Numbered from the stretch's first letter, positions 1 to 11,319 are shown. The stretch is 40,431 bases of DNA from Candidatus Sericytochromatia bacterium (GCA_036676985.1 JAKFBU010000015.1:1-40431); one strand, 5' to 3'. Notes: generated by a model not told the origin, from the letters alone. Made by a program: numbers and translations.

Positions 1-1
1 C

Positions 2-2908
2 CAGGTCCGCAACATCGCCCACGTCACCACGGCCGTCGCCAACGGCGACCTCTCGCAGAAGATCACCGTGGACGTGCGCGGGGAGATCCTGGAGCTCAAG
101 AACACCATCAACACCATGGTCGATCACCTGCGCGCCTTCGCCTCGGAGGTGACGCGCATGGCCCGCGAGGTGGGCAGCGAGGGCAAGCTGGGCGGACAGG
201 CCTACGTCAAGGGGGTGTCCGGCACCTGGAAGGACCTCACGGACACCGTCAACCTGCTCGCCGACAACCTCACGGTCCAGCTGCGGGACGTGTCCAAGGT
301 GGCCACGGCGATCGCCAAGGGCAACCTCTCGCAGAAGATCACCGTGGACGTGCGCGGGGAGATGCTGCAGATCAAGGAGACCATCAACACCATGGTCGAC
401 CAGCTCTCGCGCTTCGCCGACGAGGTGACCCGGGTCTCGCGGGAGGTGGGCACCGAGGGGCGGCTCGGCGGCCATGCCCTGGTGCCGGGGGTCGCGGGCA
501 CCTGGAAGGACCTCACGGACAGCGTCAACATGCTCGCCGACAACCTCACGGTCCAGCTGCGGGACGTCTCCAAGGTGGCCACGGCGATCGCCAAGGGCGA
601 TCTCTCCCGGAAGATCACCGTGGACGTGCGCGGCGAGATGCTGCAGATCAAGGACGTCATCAACACCATGGTCGATCAGCTCTCGCGCTTCGCCGACGAG
701 GTGACGCGGGTGGCGCGGGAGGTCGGCACCGAGGGCCGGTTGGGGGGACAGGCGCAGGTCAAGGGCGTGTCGGGCACCTGGAAGGACCTGACGGACAGCG
801 TCAACCTGCTGGCCGGCAACCTGACCTCGCAGGTGCGCGCGATCGCGGAGGTCTCGACCGCCGTCGCGCAGGGCGACCTGAGCCGCACGATCACCATCGG
901 GGCGCAGGGCGAGGTCTCCGAGCTCAAGGACAACCTCAACCGGATGATCGCCAACCTCCGGGAGACGACCGAGAAGAACACGCAGCAATCCTGGCTGAAG
1001 ACCAATCTCGCGCGGTTCTCCCGCCTGTTCCAGGGTCAGAAGAGCCTCGAGCAGCTCTCCCGCCTCTTGATGACCGAGCTGCCGCCGGTCGTCGAGGCGT
1101 CGTACGGCGCTTTCTACTTGCAGGAGGCCGAACAGGACACCCCGATCCTGCGCCGCATCGACGCCTACGCCTCGCACGAGGGTACGAACCTGCCGGATCG
1201 TTTCAAGCTGGGGGAGGGCCTGGTGGGGCAGGCCGCGCGCGATCGCCGGCCCATCCTGCTCAAGCAGGTGCCGGGCGACTTCATGCGCATCGCCCTGGGC
1301 CCGGGGGCTGCCCCGCCCGTCAACTTCGTCGTCCTGCCGGTCGTCTTCGAGGGTGAGGTCAAGGCCGTCGTCGAGCTGGCCTCGTTCCAGCCCTTCAGCC
1401 CGATACACCTCTCCTTTCTCGATCAGCTGATCGAGAGCCTGGGGGTGGTGCTGAACATGCTGGCGGCCGACACGCGCACCGCGGCCCTCCTGGAGGAGCT
1501 CAGGCGGTCCAACGCGGAGCTCGGGGCCAAGGCCGGAGAGCTCGAGGAGAAGGCGAGTCAGCTCCAGGCGACGAACAAGGAAGTGGAGCTCGCCTCGGTC
1601 TCCCTCGAGGAGCGTGCCGAGCAGCTCGCCCTCGTCTCGCGCTACAAGTCCGAGTTTCTCGCGAACATGTCGCACGAGCTCCGCACGCCGCTCAACAGCC
1701 TCCTCATCCTGGCCAGGCTCTTGGCCGAGAACAAGGAGGGCAACCTCGATTCCAAGCAAGTGGAGTACGCCACCACCATCGTTGCGGCGGGTTCCGACTT
1801 GCTGTCGCTCATCAACGAGGTGCTCGACCTGTCCAAGGTCGAGTCCGGCAAGATGCCGGTCGACGCCCACCTCTCCTCGCTCTCCGCGTTGCGGGACTAC
1901 GTGCGGCAGACCTTCTGCCCGATCGCCCAGCAAAAGGGCGTGGACTTCACGGTCGACCTCGACCCGGATCTGCCCGAGGCGATCTGCACCGATGGCGAGC
2001 GCCTGAAGCAGGTGCTGCGCAACCTGCTCGCGAATGCCTTCAAGTTCACGGAGGAAGGCCGGGTGACGCTGCACGTCGGCTGGGCCCCGGAGGGAGGCGC
2101 GTTCGAGAGCGAGACGTTGCGGAGGTCGCCCCGGGTGTTGGCCTTCGCGGTCACCGACACCGGCATCGGCGTTCCCGCGGAGAAGCATCAGCTCATCTTC
2201 GAGGCCTTCCAGCAGGCTGACAGCACCACGAGCCGCAAGTACGGCGGCACGGGTCTCGGCCTCACCATCAGCCGCGAAGTCTCCGGGCTCCTGGGCGGCG
2301 AGATCCACGTCGAAAGCGAGCCTGGTCGGGGGAGCACCTTCACCCTCTACTTGCCGCAGACCTTCGACGTTCCCGACGGGGAGCCGGATCTCTTCGCCTA
2401 CGGAAGCCGAATCCAAGCCCCTGGCCACGTGAGCTTCGCCCCTGGCCCGCCGCCGGCCGAGCCTCCGGCCGTCGCTCCGGCGGTGCCCGAGGCGCCTTCT
2501 TGCTCGCCGGACGACCTCCTGTCGGGCAAGACCCTTCTGGTGGTGGAAGACGACATGCGCAGCCTCTTCGCCATGACCAGCCTGCTCGAGCGGAAAGGGG
2601 CCAAGGTGATCTTCGCCAATTCCGGCCAGGACGCCCTCGACCTGCTGGCGAAGCACCCGGAAGTGGACCTGGTGCTGATGGACCTCATGATGCCCGGCAT
2701 GGACGGGGCGGAGACGGTGCGGGCCATCCGCCACATGCCCGGCTTCCAGGAGTTGCCGATCATCGCGCTCACCGCCAAGGCCATGAAGGGCGATCGCGAG
2801 AAGAGCCTCGCGGCAGGAGCCTCGGACTACATCACCAAGCCCGTGGATGCCGAGCTCTTGCTCTCGATGCTGTGCGCGTGGCTCGAGCCGTCGCTCCGGA
2901 CGAGGTAA
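2..2908 (+). CDS. Hybrid sensor histidine kinase, poly-HAMP-GAF-HisKA-HATPase-REC (5'-truncated by window edge)
   Basis: Frame is open from base 2 ([22 protein letters not shown]). 92-aa HAMP repeats (GTWKDLTD motif), H-box [15 protein letters not shown]-box [11 protein letters not shown]-boxes DTGIG and GGTGLGL, C-terminal receiver (VVEDD, LMDLMMP, YITKP). Confidence 0.95.
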   Translation, partial: QVRNIAHVTTAVANGDLSQKITVDVRGEILELKNTINTMVDHLRAFASEVTRMAREVGSEGKLGGQAYVKGVSGTWKDLTDTVNLLADNLTVQLRDVSKVATAIAKGNLSQKITVDVRGEMLQIKETINTMVDQLSRFADEVTRVSREVGTEGRLGGHALVPGVAGTWKDLTDSVNMLADNLTVQLRDVSKVATAIAKGDLSRKITVDVRGEMLQIKDVINTMVDQLSRFADEVTRVAREVGTEGRLGGQAQVKGVSGTWKDLTDSVNLLAGNLTSQVRAIAEVSTAVAQGDLSRTITIGAQGEVSELKDNLNRMIANLRETTEKNTQQSWLKTNLARFSRLFQGQKSLEQLSRLLMTELPPVVEASYGAFYLQEAEQDTPILRRIDAYASHEGTNLPDRFKLGEGLVGQAARDRRPILLKQVPGDFMRIALGPGAAPPVNFVVLPVVFEGEVKAVVELASFQPFSPIHLSFLDQLIESLGVVLNMLAADTRTAALLEELRRSNAELGAKAGELEEKASQLQATNKEVELASVSLEERAEQLALVSRYKSEFLANMSHELRTPLNSLLILARLLAENKEGNLDSKQVEYATTIVAAGSDLLSLINEVLDLSKVESGKMPVDAHLSSLSALRDYVRQTFCPIAQQKGVDFTVDLDPDLPEAICTDGERLKQVLRNLLANAFKFTEEGRVTLHVGWAPEGGAFESETLRRSPRVLAFAVTDTGIGVPAEKHQLIFEAFQQADSTTSRKYGGTGLGLTISREVSGLLGGEIHVESEPGRGSTFTLYLPQTFDVPDGEPDLFAYGSRIQAPGHVSFAPGPPPAEPPAVAPAVPEAPSCSPDDLLSGKTLLVVEDDMRSLFAMTSLLERKGAKVIFANSGQDALDLLAKHPEVDLVLMDLMMPGMDGAETVRAIRHMPGFQELPIIALTAKAMKGDREKSLAAGASDYITKPVDAELLLSMLCAWLEPSLRTR
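68..830 (+). repeat. Intragenic tandem ~276-bp repeats encoding poly-HAMP units
   Basis: GTGGACGTGCGCGG recurs at 68, 344 and 620 (276-bp period, 92 aa). Confidence 0.9.
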
Positions 2909-2916
2909 TTATCGCC

Positions 2917-4119
2917 ATGACAGACGAGGCGAAAACCAACATCCTGCTCGTCGACGACCGCCCGGAGAACCTCTTGGCCCTGGAAGCCGTGCTGGGCGAG
3001 CTGGGACAGAACCTGATCACCGCCTCCAGCGGGGCGGAGGCGCTCAAATGGGTCCTCCTGGAGGATTTCGCCGTCATCCTGCTCGACGTCCAGATGCCGG
3101 GCATGAGCGGCCTGGAGACGGCGCAACTGATCAAGCAGCGCGACAAGTCCCGCCACATCCCGATCATCTTCATCACGGCCATCGACCAGGACGCCCCCCA
3201 CGTCTTCCAGGGCTATTCGGTGGGGGCCGTCGACTACCTGTTCAAGCCCTTCGACCCCGAGATCCTGCGATCCAAGGTGGCCGTCTTCGTCGACCTGGCC
3301 CGCAAGAACATGCGGATCCAGCAGCAGGCCGCGGAGCTCGAGATCGCCAACCGACAGCTGAAGGAGAGCGAGCGCCACAAGGACGAGTTCCTGTCCGTGA
3401 TCAGCCATGAGCTGCGCACGCCGCTCAACCTCATCATGGGGTTCGGCGAGATGCTGGACGACGAGGTCGCCGGCAGCCTCAACGCCCAGCAGCACGAGTA
3501 CATGCGCGAGATCTTGCAGGGAGCCAATCGCCTGCAGATGCTGGTCAACGACCTGATGGACGTCGCGGCGATGCAGGCCGGCACGCTCGAGCTGCATCCC
3601 GTGCCGACGCCCTACGAAGGGGTCGTCGACGAGGTCGTCTCCACCTTCGAGCCGGTCGCGAGGCAGAAGGGCCTCACGCTGACCACAGAGCTGGAGCCGC
3701 CGCTCCTCATCGAGATCGACGGCCCGCGCCTCGTGCACGTGCTGAGCAACCTGGTGAGCAACGCTATCAAATTCACGCCGGAAGGAGGTGCGATCCGGAT
3801 CAAGGTCTACCGTCACGAGCAGGACCTGGTGACGGAGGTCTGCGACACCGGAATCGGGCTGGCCGAAGAGGATATCCCCTTGCTCTTCACCCGCTTTCGC
3901 CAGCTGGACATGAGCACCACCCGTCCGGCCGGCGGAACGGGGCTCGGGCTGAGCATCGCCAAGATGCTGGTCGAGTCGCACGGGGGCACCATCACCGCCA
4001 TGAGCCCCGGCAAGGGTCGAGGCAGCGTCTTCAGCTACACGTTGCCGATCGTGAAACGAGAGCCGTGTGATGCCGATCAGGGGGAGCAACTGTCCCTAGA
4101 GGGCCAGGAACGTGGCTGA
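2917..4119 (+). CDS. Hybrid response regulator / histidine kinase (REC-HisKA-HATPase)
   Basis: ATG 8 nt after the upstream stop. ILLVDD, LLDVQMP and LFKPF receiver motifs, then [27 protein letters not shown]. Confidence 0.93.
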   Translation: MTDEAKTNILLVDDRPENLLALEAVLGELGQNLITASSGAEALKWVLLEDFAVILLDVQMPGMSGLETAQLIKQRDKSRHIPIIFITAIDQDAPHVFQGYSVGAVDYLFKPFDPEILRSKVAVFVDLARKNMRIQQQAAELEIANRQLKESERHKDEFLSVISHELRTPLNLIMGFGEMLDDEVAGSLNAQQHEYMREILQGANRLQMLVNDLMDVAAMQAGTLELHPVPTPYEGVVDEVVSTFEPVARQKGLTLTTELEPPLLIEIDGPRLVHVLSNLVSNAIKFTPEGGAIRIKVYRHEQDLVTEVCDTGIGLAEEDIPLLFTRFRQLDMSTTRPAGGTGLGLSIAKMLVESHGGTITAMSPGKGRGSVFSYTLPIVKREPCDADQGEQLSLEGQERG

Positions 4120-4201
4120 CCTCCCATCTTCCGCCGGGAGCATCGCAGCGGACTCCGGTCGAGCGACCGGAGCCCGCTGCTGACGTCGCGGCCGTGGAGC
4201 G

Positions 4202-5320
4202 CTAGGGGCAGACCTTCATGTCGATGGCGTTCGGGAGGTCGCCGGTCGACACGGTGGCTACCAGGGTGTTGGTCGCCGTATCGAAAATCGAGATCCAATC
4301 ACTGTTCCCGTTCGCGACCCAGAGCCGGGTGCCATCGGGCGTGATGTCGGCATCGATCGGGCTCGAGCCGGCCGACCCGAAGGTCGTGGTGACCGCGTTG
4401 GTCGTGGTATCGAACTGCGAGATGGAGTCCGCGTTCGCATGGGTCACCCAGCCCGTCAGGCTGTTCGGCAAGAAGGCCTTGCCGAAAGGCACCTGCGGCA
4501 CCGCAACGTCGTCGACGGCCGTGTCCGTGACGGTCGAGATGACCGGAATGAAAAAGGAGTTGATCGAGACGTAGACGAAGAGACCGTTGGGGGTGATTTC
4601 GATGCCATGGTCAATCGGACTATTCCCGACGGGAATCGTCGCCCCCAGGGTGTCGGCCGGGAGGTTGATGACCTGGACGGTGTTGTCGCCTTGGTTTCCG
4701 ACGTAGGCTTTGGTGCCGTCGGGCGTGATGTCGATGGGCCGTGGCTGGTTGAAGCCCATGATCGTGTTGATGACGGTGTTGGTGGCCGTATCGACGACGA
4801 CGACGGTGCCTTCGAAGACGGTGACGTACGCGCGGGTGCTGTCCGGGGTGACGGCCACCTCGAGGGGAGTACCGGCGATGGGGATGGTGGCGATCGGCAT
4901 ATTGTTGCCGTCGAATACCGAGACGGTACTGTCCCCGCTGTTCGTCACGTAGACCCGTGTGTTGTTGGGAGCCACGGCCACGTCGACAGGGGAGATGCCG
5001 ACGGACAGGGTGGCGACACTCGTGTTGGTGGTGTAGTCGAACACCGAGACGTTGCTGGTCACGACGTTGACGACGTACGCCAGGGTACAGGGTAGGGGAA
5101 CCGGTGTCGGCGTGGGGGTCGGCGTCGGGGACATCGTCGGCGACGGCGTGCAAACGGGCTCCTGGTAGTCTCCATACCCGGGGATGCTCGCCAGGAAGGC
5201 CTTGTTGGCGCCATTGGAGTGCTTGGTGGTACTCGGTCCCCCCGGAGGGGACGTGTTACACCCGAGCAGGATGGCGAAGGTGGTCAGGGCAGCGGCAAGT
5301 TTTGGCCAACGTTTTGCCAC
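4202..5320 (-). CDS. YVTN/YncE-family beta-propeller lipoprotein
   Basis: Lipobox LLGC, Pro/Thr linker, repeated blades such as VAPNNTRVYVTN, ITPDGTKAYVGN, ITPDGTRLWVAN. Confidence 0.9.
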   Translation of the reverse strand: MAKRWPKLAAALTTFAILLGCNTSPPGGPSTTKHSNGANKAFLASIPGYGDYQEPVCTPSPTMSPTPTPTPTPVPLPCTLAYVVNVVTSNVSVFDYTTNTSVATLSVGISPVDVAVAPNNTRVYVTNSGDSTVSVFDGNNMPIATIPIAGTPLEVAVTPDSTRAYVTVFEGTVVVVDTATNTVINTIMGFNQPRPIDITPDGTKAYVGNQGDNTVQVINLPADTLGATIPVGNSPIDHGIEITPNGLFVYVSINSFFIPVISTVTDTAVDDVAVPQVPFGKAFLPNSLTGWVTHANADSISQFDTTTNAVTTTFGSAGSSPIDADITPDGTRLWVANGNSDWISIFDTATNTLVATVSTGDLPNAIDMKVCP

Positions 5321-5678
5321 GTGAATTACTCCTTTTTTTTCATGTCAAGACGGCAATGTCAGCAGCTTATCGAAACCGGCCAGCCCTACCTACGACCAAG
5401 CAGACAAGGGTTTATGGCGACCGCGCGATCGCTCCGCCCGGCGCTGATTCGCCCTCATCCTATGCGCCCGTTAGGCCCTCGATGAATCGGGTAGGGAGGG
5501 GCGACTCGATGCAGCCCGGCTGGCAACCAGTCGCGGGCGGCCACCAGAAGGCCGCGCCCCGTCCCCTTGCCGCCTAACGTTGGGGGCAAGTGCGTGCATC
5601 ATTGACGTGTGCACCTATGGCAGTCTAGGGTTGTAGCGAAGCCCCTGCCTACTTGCTTCATTTGAAGGAGAACGACCT

Positions 5679-6167
5679 ATGACTCGCCCTGCTGCTTACC
5701 AACCCGATCCCCGACTCGACCTCGTGCTCGAGCGGGTGGTGGACATCCCCCCTGCCCTCATCTGGAAAGCCTGGACCACGCCCGAGCACCTCATGCAGTG
5801 GTTCTGCCCCAAGCCCTGGACCACGGTGGAGTGCGAGATCGACCTGCGCCCGGGCGGCATGTTCCGGACGGTCATGCGCTCGCCCGAGGGCGTGGACATG
5901 GAGCCCGGCGAGGGCTGCTACCTCGAGGTGGTCGAGAACGAGCGCCTCGTCTGGACCGATGCCCTCAAGCCCGGTTATCGTCCGGCCGACAAGCCGTTCT
6001 TCACGGGCATGATCCTGCTCGAGCCCCATGGCACCGGGACGAAGTACACGGCGATCGCCGTCCACAAGGACGAGGAGTCGGCCAAGCAGCACGCCGAGAT
6101 GGGCTTCCTCGACGGCTGGAGCATCGTCCTCGACCAGCTGGTGGCGTACATGAAGGCCACCGTCTAG
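5679..6167 (+). CDS. SRPBCC (AHSA1-like) domain protein
   Basis: [38 protein letters not shown] pattern; RBS AAGGAG. Confidence 0.9.
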   Translation: MTRPAAYQPDPRLDLVLERVVDIPPALIWKAWTTPEHLMQWFCPKPWTTVECEIDLRPGGMFRTVMRSPEGVDMEPGEGCYLEVVENERLVWTDALKPGYRPADKPFFTGMILLEPHGTGTKYTAIAVHKDEESAKQHAEMGFLDGWSIVLDQLVAYMKATV

Positions 6168-6182
6168 TCGAGTTGGTTATCG

Positions 6183-6220
6183 AAGAGGGGACTGCCATCA
6201 GGCAGTCCCCTCTTTCCTTT
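6183..6220 (+). terminator. Intrinsic terminator
   Basis: 14-bp stem AAGAGGGGACTGCC-atca-GGCAGTCCCCTCTT followed by a T-rich tract. Confidence 0.8.
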
Positions 6221-6406
6221 CATGCCACCGGAACGTCGGGCCCGCGACCCTCACTTCGCATGTGGGAGACGTGTTTCGGTCTCAAATTTCCTTGTGACGC
6301 CCCCTTGTGATCGGCACCGTGGCGTTCTGCGTCTGCCGGAGCTTACGCTAGTGGCAGATGACGCGCTGTCCGCGTCCGCTTCGCACCACCTTCAAGGGAG
6401 GATTCC

Positions 6407-6949
6407 GTGGTCAAGAAGATTGCTGCTATCGTCGCTCTTGCCGTCGGCGTGCCGGCCATAGGCCTGCTCGGTTTTTCCGCGACCAAGCCCGACACGTTCC
6501 GAGTCGAGCGGTCGACGACCGTTCAAGTGGCCCCCGAGCAGGTCCATGCCCTCGTCAACGACTTCAACAACTGGGGCGCATGGTCCCCCTGGGAAAAGCT
6601 CGACCCCGCAATGAAGAAAACGCTCAGCGGCGCGGCGAGCGGCAAGGGCGCCGTCTACGAGTGGGAAGGCAACGACCAGGTCGGCAAGGGGCGCATGGAA
6701 ATCGTCGAGTCCGCCCCGCCCTCCAAGGTCGTGATCAAGCTGGATTTCCTCCAGCCCTTCGAAGCCCATAACACCACCGAATTCACGTTTGCGGCCGAGG
6801 GCGACGCCACGAAGGTCACGTGGGCCATGCACGGCCGCAACAACTTCCTCTCGAAGGTCATGTCGGTCTTCATGAACATGGACCAGATGATCGGGGCGGA
6901 TTTCGAGCGGGGGCTCGGTGACATGAAGGCCGTGGCGGAGAAGAAGTAG
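6407..6949 (+). CDS. SRPBCC / polyketide-cyclase-like protein with N-terminal membrane anchor
   Basis: KPDTFRVERS, WSPWEKLDP, GKGAVYEWEGN, VGKGRMEI, MDQMIGADFERGL motifs; RBS GGAGG. Confidence 0.88.
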   Translation: MVKKIAAIVALAVGVPAIGLLGFSATKPDTFRVERSTTVQVAPEQVHALVNDFNNWGAWSPWEKLDPAMKKTLSGAASGKGAVYEWEGNDQVGKGRMEIVESAPPSKVVIKLDFLQPFEAHNTTEFTFAAEGDATKVTWAMHGRNNFLSKVMSVFMNMDQMIGADFERGLGDMKAVAEKK

Positions 6950-6973
6950 TCTCGGCGCACAGCGATAGGAAAG

Positions 6974-7003
6974 GGGGGAGGGCGATCGCGATCGCCCTCC
7001 CCC
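6974..7003. terminator. Hairpin between convergent genes
   Basis: GGGGGAGGGCGATC / GATCGCCCTCCCCC inverted repeat. Confidence 0.7.
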
Positions 7004-7024
7004 TCGTGCTTGATCGGTTTCGGC

Positions 7025-7294
7025 TCAGTCCATGCTCAGGACGGCCCGGATCTCGACGGTCGTGTGCATCATGAGCCCGCTTTCCATGAAGCTCTGGAGA
7101 ATGTCGTGCGCCGACGGCGCGTCGAGCACGAGGAAGTTGGCATGGCCCGGGGGATCGGCCCAGCGACCGATGGTCCTGATGTTCCGATCCTTCAGGAGGT
7201 CCTGCATCTTGTTGAGGCAGGGGATGATCTCCTCGTTACCGGGACGCCCCGGGCACGACTCCGGGCTATGGGTGGCAATCACCATGTGCAGCAT
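7025..7294 (-). CDS. Small ferredoxin-like-fold protein (DUF3303/GYD-like)
   Basis: 89 aa; HSPESCP, W..PPGH..FLVLDA and VEIRAV pattern; directly downstream of the moeB-like gene. Confidence 0.6.
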   Translation of the reverse strand: MLHMVIATHSPESCPGRPGNEEIIPCLNKMQDLLKDRNIRTIGRWADPPGHANFLVLDAPSAHDILQSFMESGLMMHTTVEIRAVLSMD

Positions 7295-7316
7295 GGGGGG
7301 GATCCTTTCCGTGACG

Positions 7317-8447
7317 TCAATAGAGAGGCATGGTGGGGTCGATGTGCTGGGCCCATCCGTGCAGGCCGCCCTCCAGGTACTGGACCGACTGGAATCCTGC
7401 CTGGGTTAGCATGGCTGCGGCCTTGATCGACCGGGGACCGCGGTAGCAATGAACGACGACCGGCCGGTCCCGGTCGACCTCGCCTAGCCGGGACGACAGC
7501 TCCTTGAGGGGAATCAGCAGACTGCCCGGCAGGCGACAGATCTCCCACTCGTGGGGATCGCGACAGTCGAGCACGGTGAGGTCCTCCCCCGCCTCCAGCC
7601 GCCGTTTGAGCTCCTGCGGCCCGATCGAGGGCACAGGAGGCGATGCTTCGGCGGCCGGAGCGGCCAATGGCAGCGGGAGGCTCGGAGCCGTGGCCGCACG
7701 TCCACAAGCCGGGCAACTGGGGTCCTTGGGCAGGGCGAGCTCGTTCCAGGTCATGGCGAGGGCGTCGAAGACCAACAGCCGGCCAACCAGCGAGTGGCCG
7801 ACGCCCAGGATCAGCTTGATGGCCTCGGTCGCCTGCATGGTGCCGAGGATGCCCGGCAACACCCCGAGCACTCCCGCCTCGGCGCACGAGGGGATCTGGT
7901 CGGGAGGCGGCTCCACGGGAAACAGGCATCGGTAACAGGGGCCGCGGCTCGCGTCGAAGACCGAGACCTGCCCCTCGAACCGATGGATCGAGGCCCAGAC
8001 ATCCGGCTTGCCGAGCCGGACGCAGGTGTCGTTGACCAGGTAGCGCGTGCGGAAGTTGTCCGTGCCGTCGATGATGACGTCATAGCCGCGCAGGAGGTCC
8101 GCCGCGTTCTCGGGCGTGAGGCGCACGTCGTGGGTCACGAGCGCGACGTCCGGGTTCAGGGCCGAAAGCGTCCGGCGCGCGGCCTCCACCTTGCGAGCAC
8201 CGACGTCCTCCGTGCGGAAGAGCACCTGCCGGTGCAGGTTCGACGTATCGACCTCGTCCGAGTCGAGCAGGCCCACGCGGCCGACCCCGGCGGCCGTCAG
8301 GTAGAGGGCGGCGGGGCTGCCGAGGCCGCCCGTCCCGATGCAGAGCACCGAGGCCTTGGCGAGCTTGCGCTGGCCGTCGAGGCCCACCTCGGGCAACGTC
8401 AGGTGGCCCCGGTACCGGGTCAGATCGAGATGATCGGGCTGTGACAT
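7317..8447 (-). CDS. moeB: MoeB/ThiF-family adenylyltransferase with C-terminal rhodanese domain (MoeZ-like)
   Basis: GTGGLG nucleotide-binding loop, SNLHRQ, DGTDNF, CYRC and CPAC Zn sites, SCAEAGVLG, rhodanese HCYRGPRS. Confidence 0.92.
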   Translation of the reverse strand: MSQPDHLDLTRYRGHLTLPEVGLDGQRKLAKASVLCIGTGGLGSPAALYLTAAGVGRVGLLDSDEVDTSNLHRQVLFRTEDVGARKVEAARRTLSALNPDVALVTHDVRLTPENAADLLRGYDVIIDGTDNFRTRYLVNDTCVRLGKPDVWASIHRFEGQVSVFDASRGPCYRCLFPVEPPPDQIPSCAEAGVLGVLPGILGTMQATEAIKLILGVGHSLVGRLLVFDALAMTWNELALPKDPSCPACGRAATAPSLPLPLAAPAAEASPPVPSIGPQELKRRLEAGEDLTVLDCRDPHEWEICRLPGSLLIPLKELSSRLGEVDRDRPVVVHCYRGPRSIKAAAMLTQAGFQSVQYLEGGLHGWAQHIDPTMPLY

Positions 8448-8612
8448 GGGTGCCTCGCTTCGAACGTGCCGGGACCTCGAATCGGCGGTGGACCGCCCGC
8501 ATCCTCGCGATACCTTCCCCCAAGGGGCGCCTTGCTGTCAAGCAACCGGACTTGGGACCGCCAAAAAGTGTCGAGTCCGGTTGGCATGAGGACGATGCGG
8601 TGATCCATGTCC

Positions 8613-8641
8613 TTGACGAATAGAACGCTTGTTCGTAGGAT
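8613..8641 (+). promoter_or_regulatory. Sigma70-type promoter with a LexA-like box in the spacer
   Basis: TTGACG (8613-8618), 17 nt, TAGGAT (8636-8641); AGAAC-GCTT-GTTCG at 8622-8635. Confidence 0.6.
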
Positions 8642-8732
8642 GGTGCGACGGTCGGCGAGCGAGCGTTACCCATCGGGTTCCGAGCGCCGCGCGACCACTC
8701 CGTCGTCATGCCTCTGTCAGGAGAATGTCACC

Positions 8733-9149
8733 ATGCAATCGAGAGTGAATCCTTACATCAGCTTCAAGGGCAACGCCCGCGAGGCCATGGAGTTCTACCG
8801 CACCGTCTTCGGCGGCAACCTCACCATGAGCACCTTCGGCGAGTTCCAGGGGGCCATGCCCATGGACCCCGCCGAGTCCAACCTCATCATGCACGCCATG
8901 CTCGAGTCCGAAGGCATCACCTTCATGGGCTCCGACACGCCGAGTAGCATGCCCTACGATGCGGGCATGCGCATCTCCATGGCCCTCAGCGGCGACGACG
9001 AGTCCCAGCTCAGCGGCTACTACCAGAAGCTCTCCGAAGGCGGCCAGGTCGTGATGCCCCTCAACAAGGCTCCCTGGGGGGACTCCTTCGGCATGGTCAA
9101 CGACAAGTACGGCGTGACCTGGATGGTCAACATCGCGGGCCAGAAGTAA
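8733..9149 (+). CDS. VOC family protein (PhnB/YjdN-like)
   Basis: NPYISFKGNAREAMEFY, IMHAML, MGSD, APWGDSFGMVNDKYGVTWMVN; RBS AGGAG. Confidence 0.92.
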   Translation: MQSRVNPYISFKGNAREAMEFYRTVFGGNLTMSTFGEFQGAMPMDPAESNLIMHAMLESEGITFMGSDTPSSMPYDAGMRISMALSGDDESQLSGYYQKLSEGGQVVMPLNKAPWGDSFGMVNDKYGVTWMVNIAGQK

Positions 9150-9171
9150 GGCTCAGCCGCTTCGCCAAAGC

Positions 9172-9203
9172 AGCCGCCGGGGCCCGAGGCCCCGGCGGCT
9201 TTC
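9172..9203 (+). terminator. Intrinsic terminator
   Basis: AGCCGCCGGGGCC / GGCCCCGGCGGCT stem followed by a short T tract. Confidence 0.7.
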
Positions 9204-9258
9204 GCGTGCGCTATCATGGTGAAGCGAACAAGCATGGCAGAGGCGCGAGGGAGGGACG

Positions 9259-9450
9259 ATGGTCGGACAGGAACGCCAGGATATCAAGATCGGCCTGGAG
9301 GTGGGCATCGTGCTCAAGGCCGACCAGCGCACCAACCGGATCACCCGTGGCGTGGTCCAGGACATCCTCACCAAGTCGCCCTTCCATCCCCACGGCATCA
9401 AGGTGCGCCTGACGGACGGTCAGGTCGGCCGGGTGAAAGAGATCTACTGA
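9259..9450 (+). CDS. YwbE family protein (DUF2196)
   Basis: VLKADQRT..TRGVVQDILT.S.FHPHGIKVRL.DGQVGRV signature. Confidence 0.9.
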   Translation: MVGQERQDIKIGLEVGIVLKADQRTNRITRGVVQDILTKSPFHPHGIKVRLTDGQVGRVKEIY

Positions 9451-9461
9451 GCGATCCGGCG

Positions 9462-9947
9462 CTACTCCGCCTCGGTGAAGATCTCCTGCTGAATCTCGGC
9501 GTACTCCGCCTTGCCCTTCGTGAGCCGGATCTCGGCCCAGGCCGTCACTTCGGCGGTCGCCTGGTTCATGTAGCTCTGGTAGCGGATGTGCCTGGCCGTC
9601 TTCGTCGGGTGCTGGTAGTCGATGGGATCGAACTCCATGACCTTCAGGACCTGATGGGCGTCTGTCAGGGCCATGGGACGCTTGCGGTGGAAGGTGTAGC
9701 GGATGACGGACGGCTCGACGCTCATGACGAGCACGCCGTCCGCGAAGCGAATGAACCTCGAGCCCATCTCCTTGCTGTTCACCTTGGTGATGGCCGAGCG
9801 GAAGCTCTTGGCAAGCGGCGTCTTGACCGTCAGATCGGGCGGCACGTCGAAAACGGTCGTGCCGGCCCAGGCAGGGCCGGCCGTCAGCACGACGAGGGCG
9901 GCGAGCGGGAGCGTGAAGCGGGTCAAGCGATTCGTGAACTGGTGCAT
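9462..9947 (-). CDS. Hypothetical secreted protein
   Basis: RBS GGAGG before ATG at 9947; Sec signal ending in PAWA; GC3-biased codons. Confidence 0.7.
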   Translation of the reverse strand: MHQFTNRLTRFTLPLAALVVLTAGPAWAGTTVFDVPPDLTVKTPLAKSFRSAITKVNSKEMGSRFIRFADGVLVMSVEPSVIRYTFHRKRPMALTDAHQVLKVMEFDPIDYQHPTKTARHIRYQSYMNQATAEVTAWAEIRLTKGKAEYAEIQQEIFTEAE

Positions 9948-10204
9948 GCGGCCTCCTCTTGACGTCATGCCAGGCACGTACCCGCTGCTTGCTCGCTCGA
10001 AACCCGGGGGCCCGGTTCGAAGGCCGGCTCGAGAGCGGCGTCGGGTGGCGCCTACAAGGCGAGCGTGATACAGTTTTGAGTAGCCACCCGACGTCCGATG
10101 GCGGCGTGACCAGCGAGTCGCGACCGTAGGGCGTAAGCAGGGCGGCTTTCCTTTTTGAAGGGCTGCCCCATCATCCTCTCATTCCTTGCATCCAGGAGGG
10201 CCCC

Positions 10205-11236
<1,032 letters not shown>

Positions 11237-11268
11237 CTCGACCTCATCCCGGAGCGCAGGCTCCATGA

Positions 11269-11302
11269 CCGAGGCCCGACACCGCACGGTGTCGGGCCTC
11301 GG
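11269..11302. terminator. Long hairpin between convergent genes
   Basis: CCGAGGCCCGACACCG / CGGTGTCGGGCCTCGG perfect inverted repeat. Confidence 0.7.
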
Positions 11303-11319
11303 GGCGTGAACGGGACCGA

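Noticed and set aside
2500-2916. N-terminal extension of the 539-aa ORF
   Set aside because: It overlaps the upstream kinase receiver domain in another frame; the real start is the ATG at 2917.
5321-5678. Intergenic region as a possible ncRNA or riboswitch
   Set aside because: Only short GC-rich hairpins are present and I recognise no conserved RNA motif.
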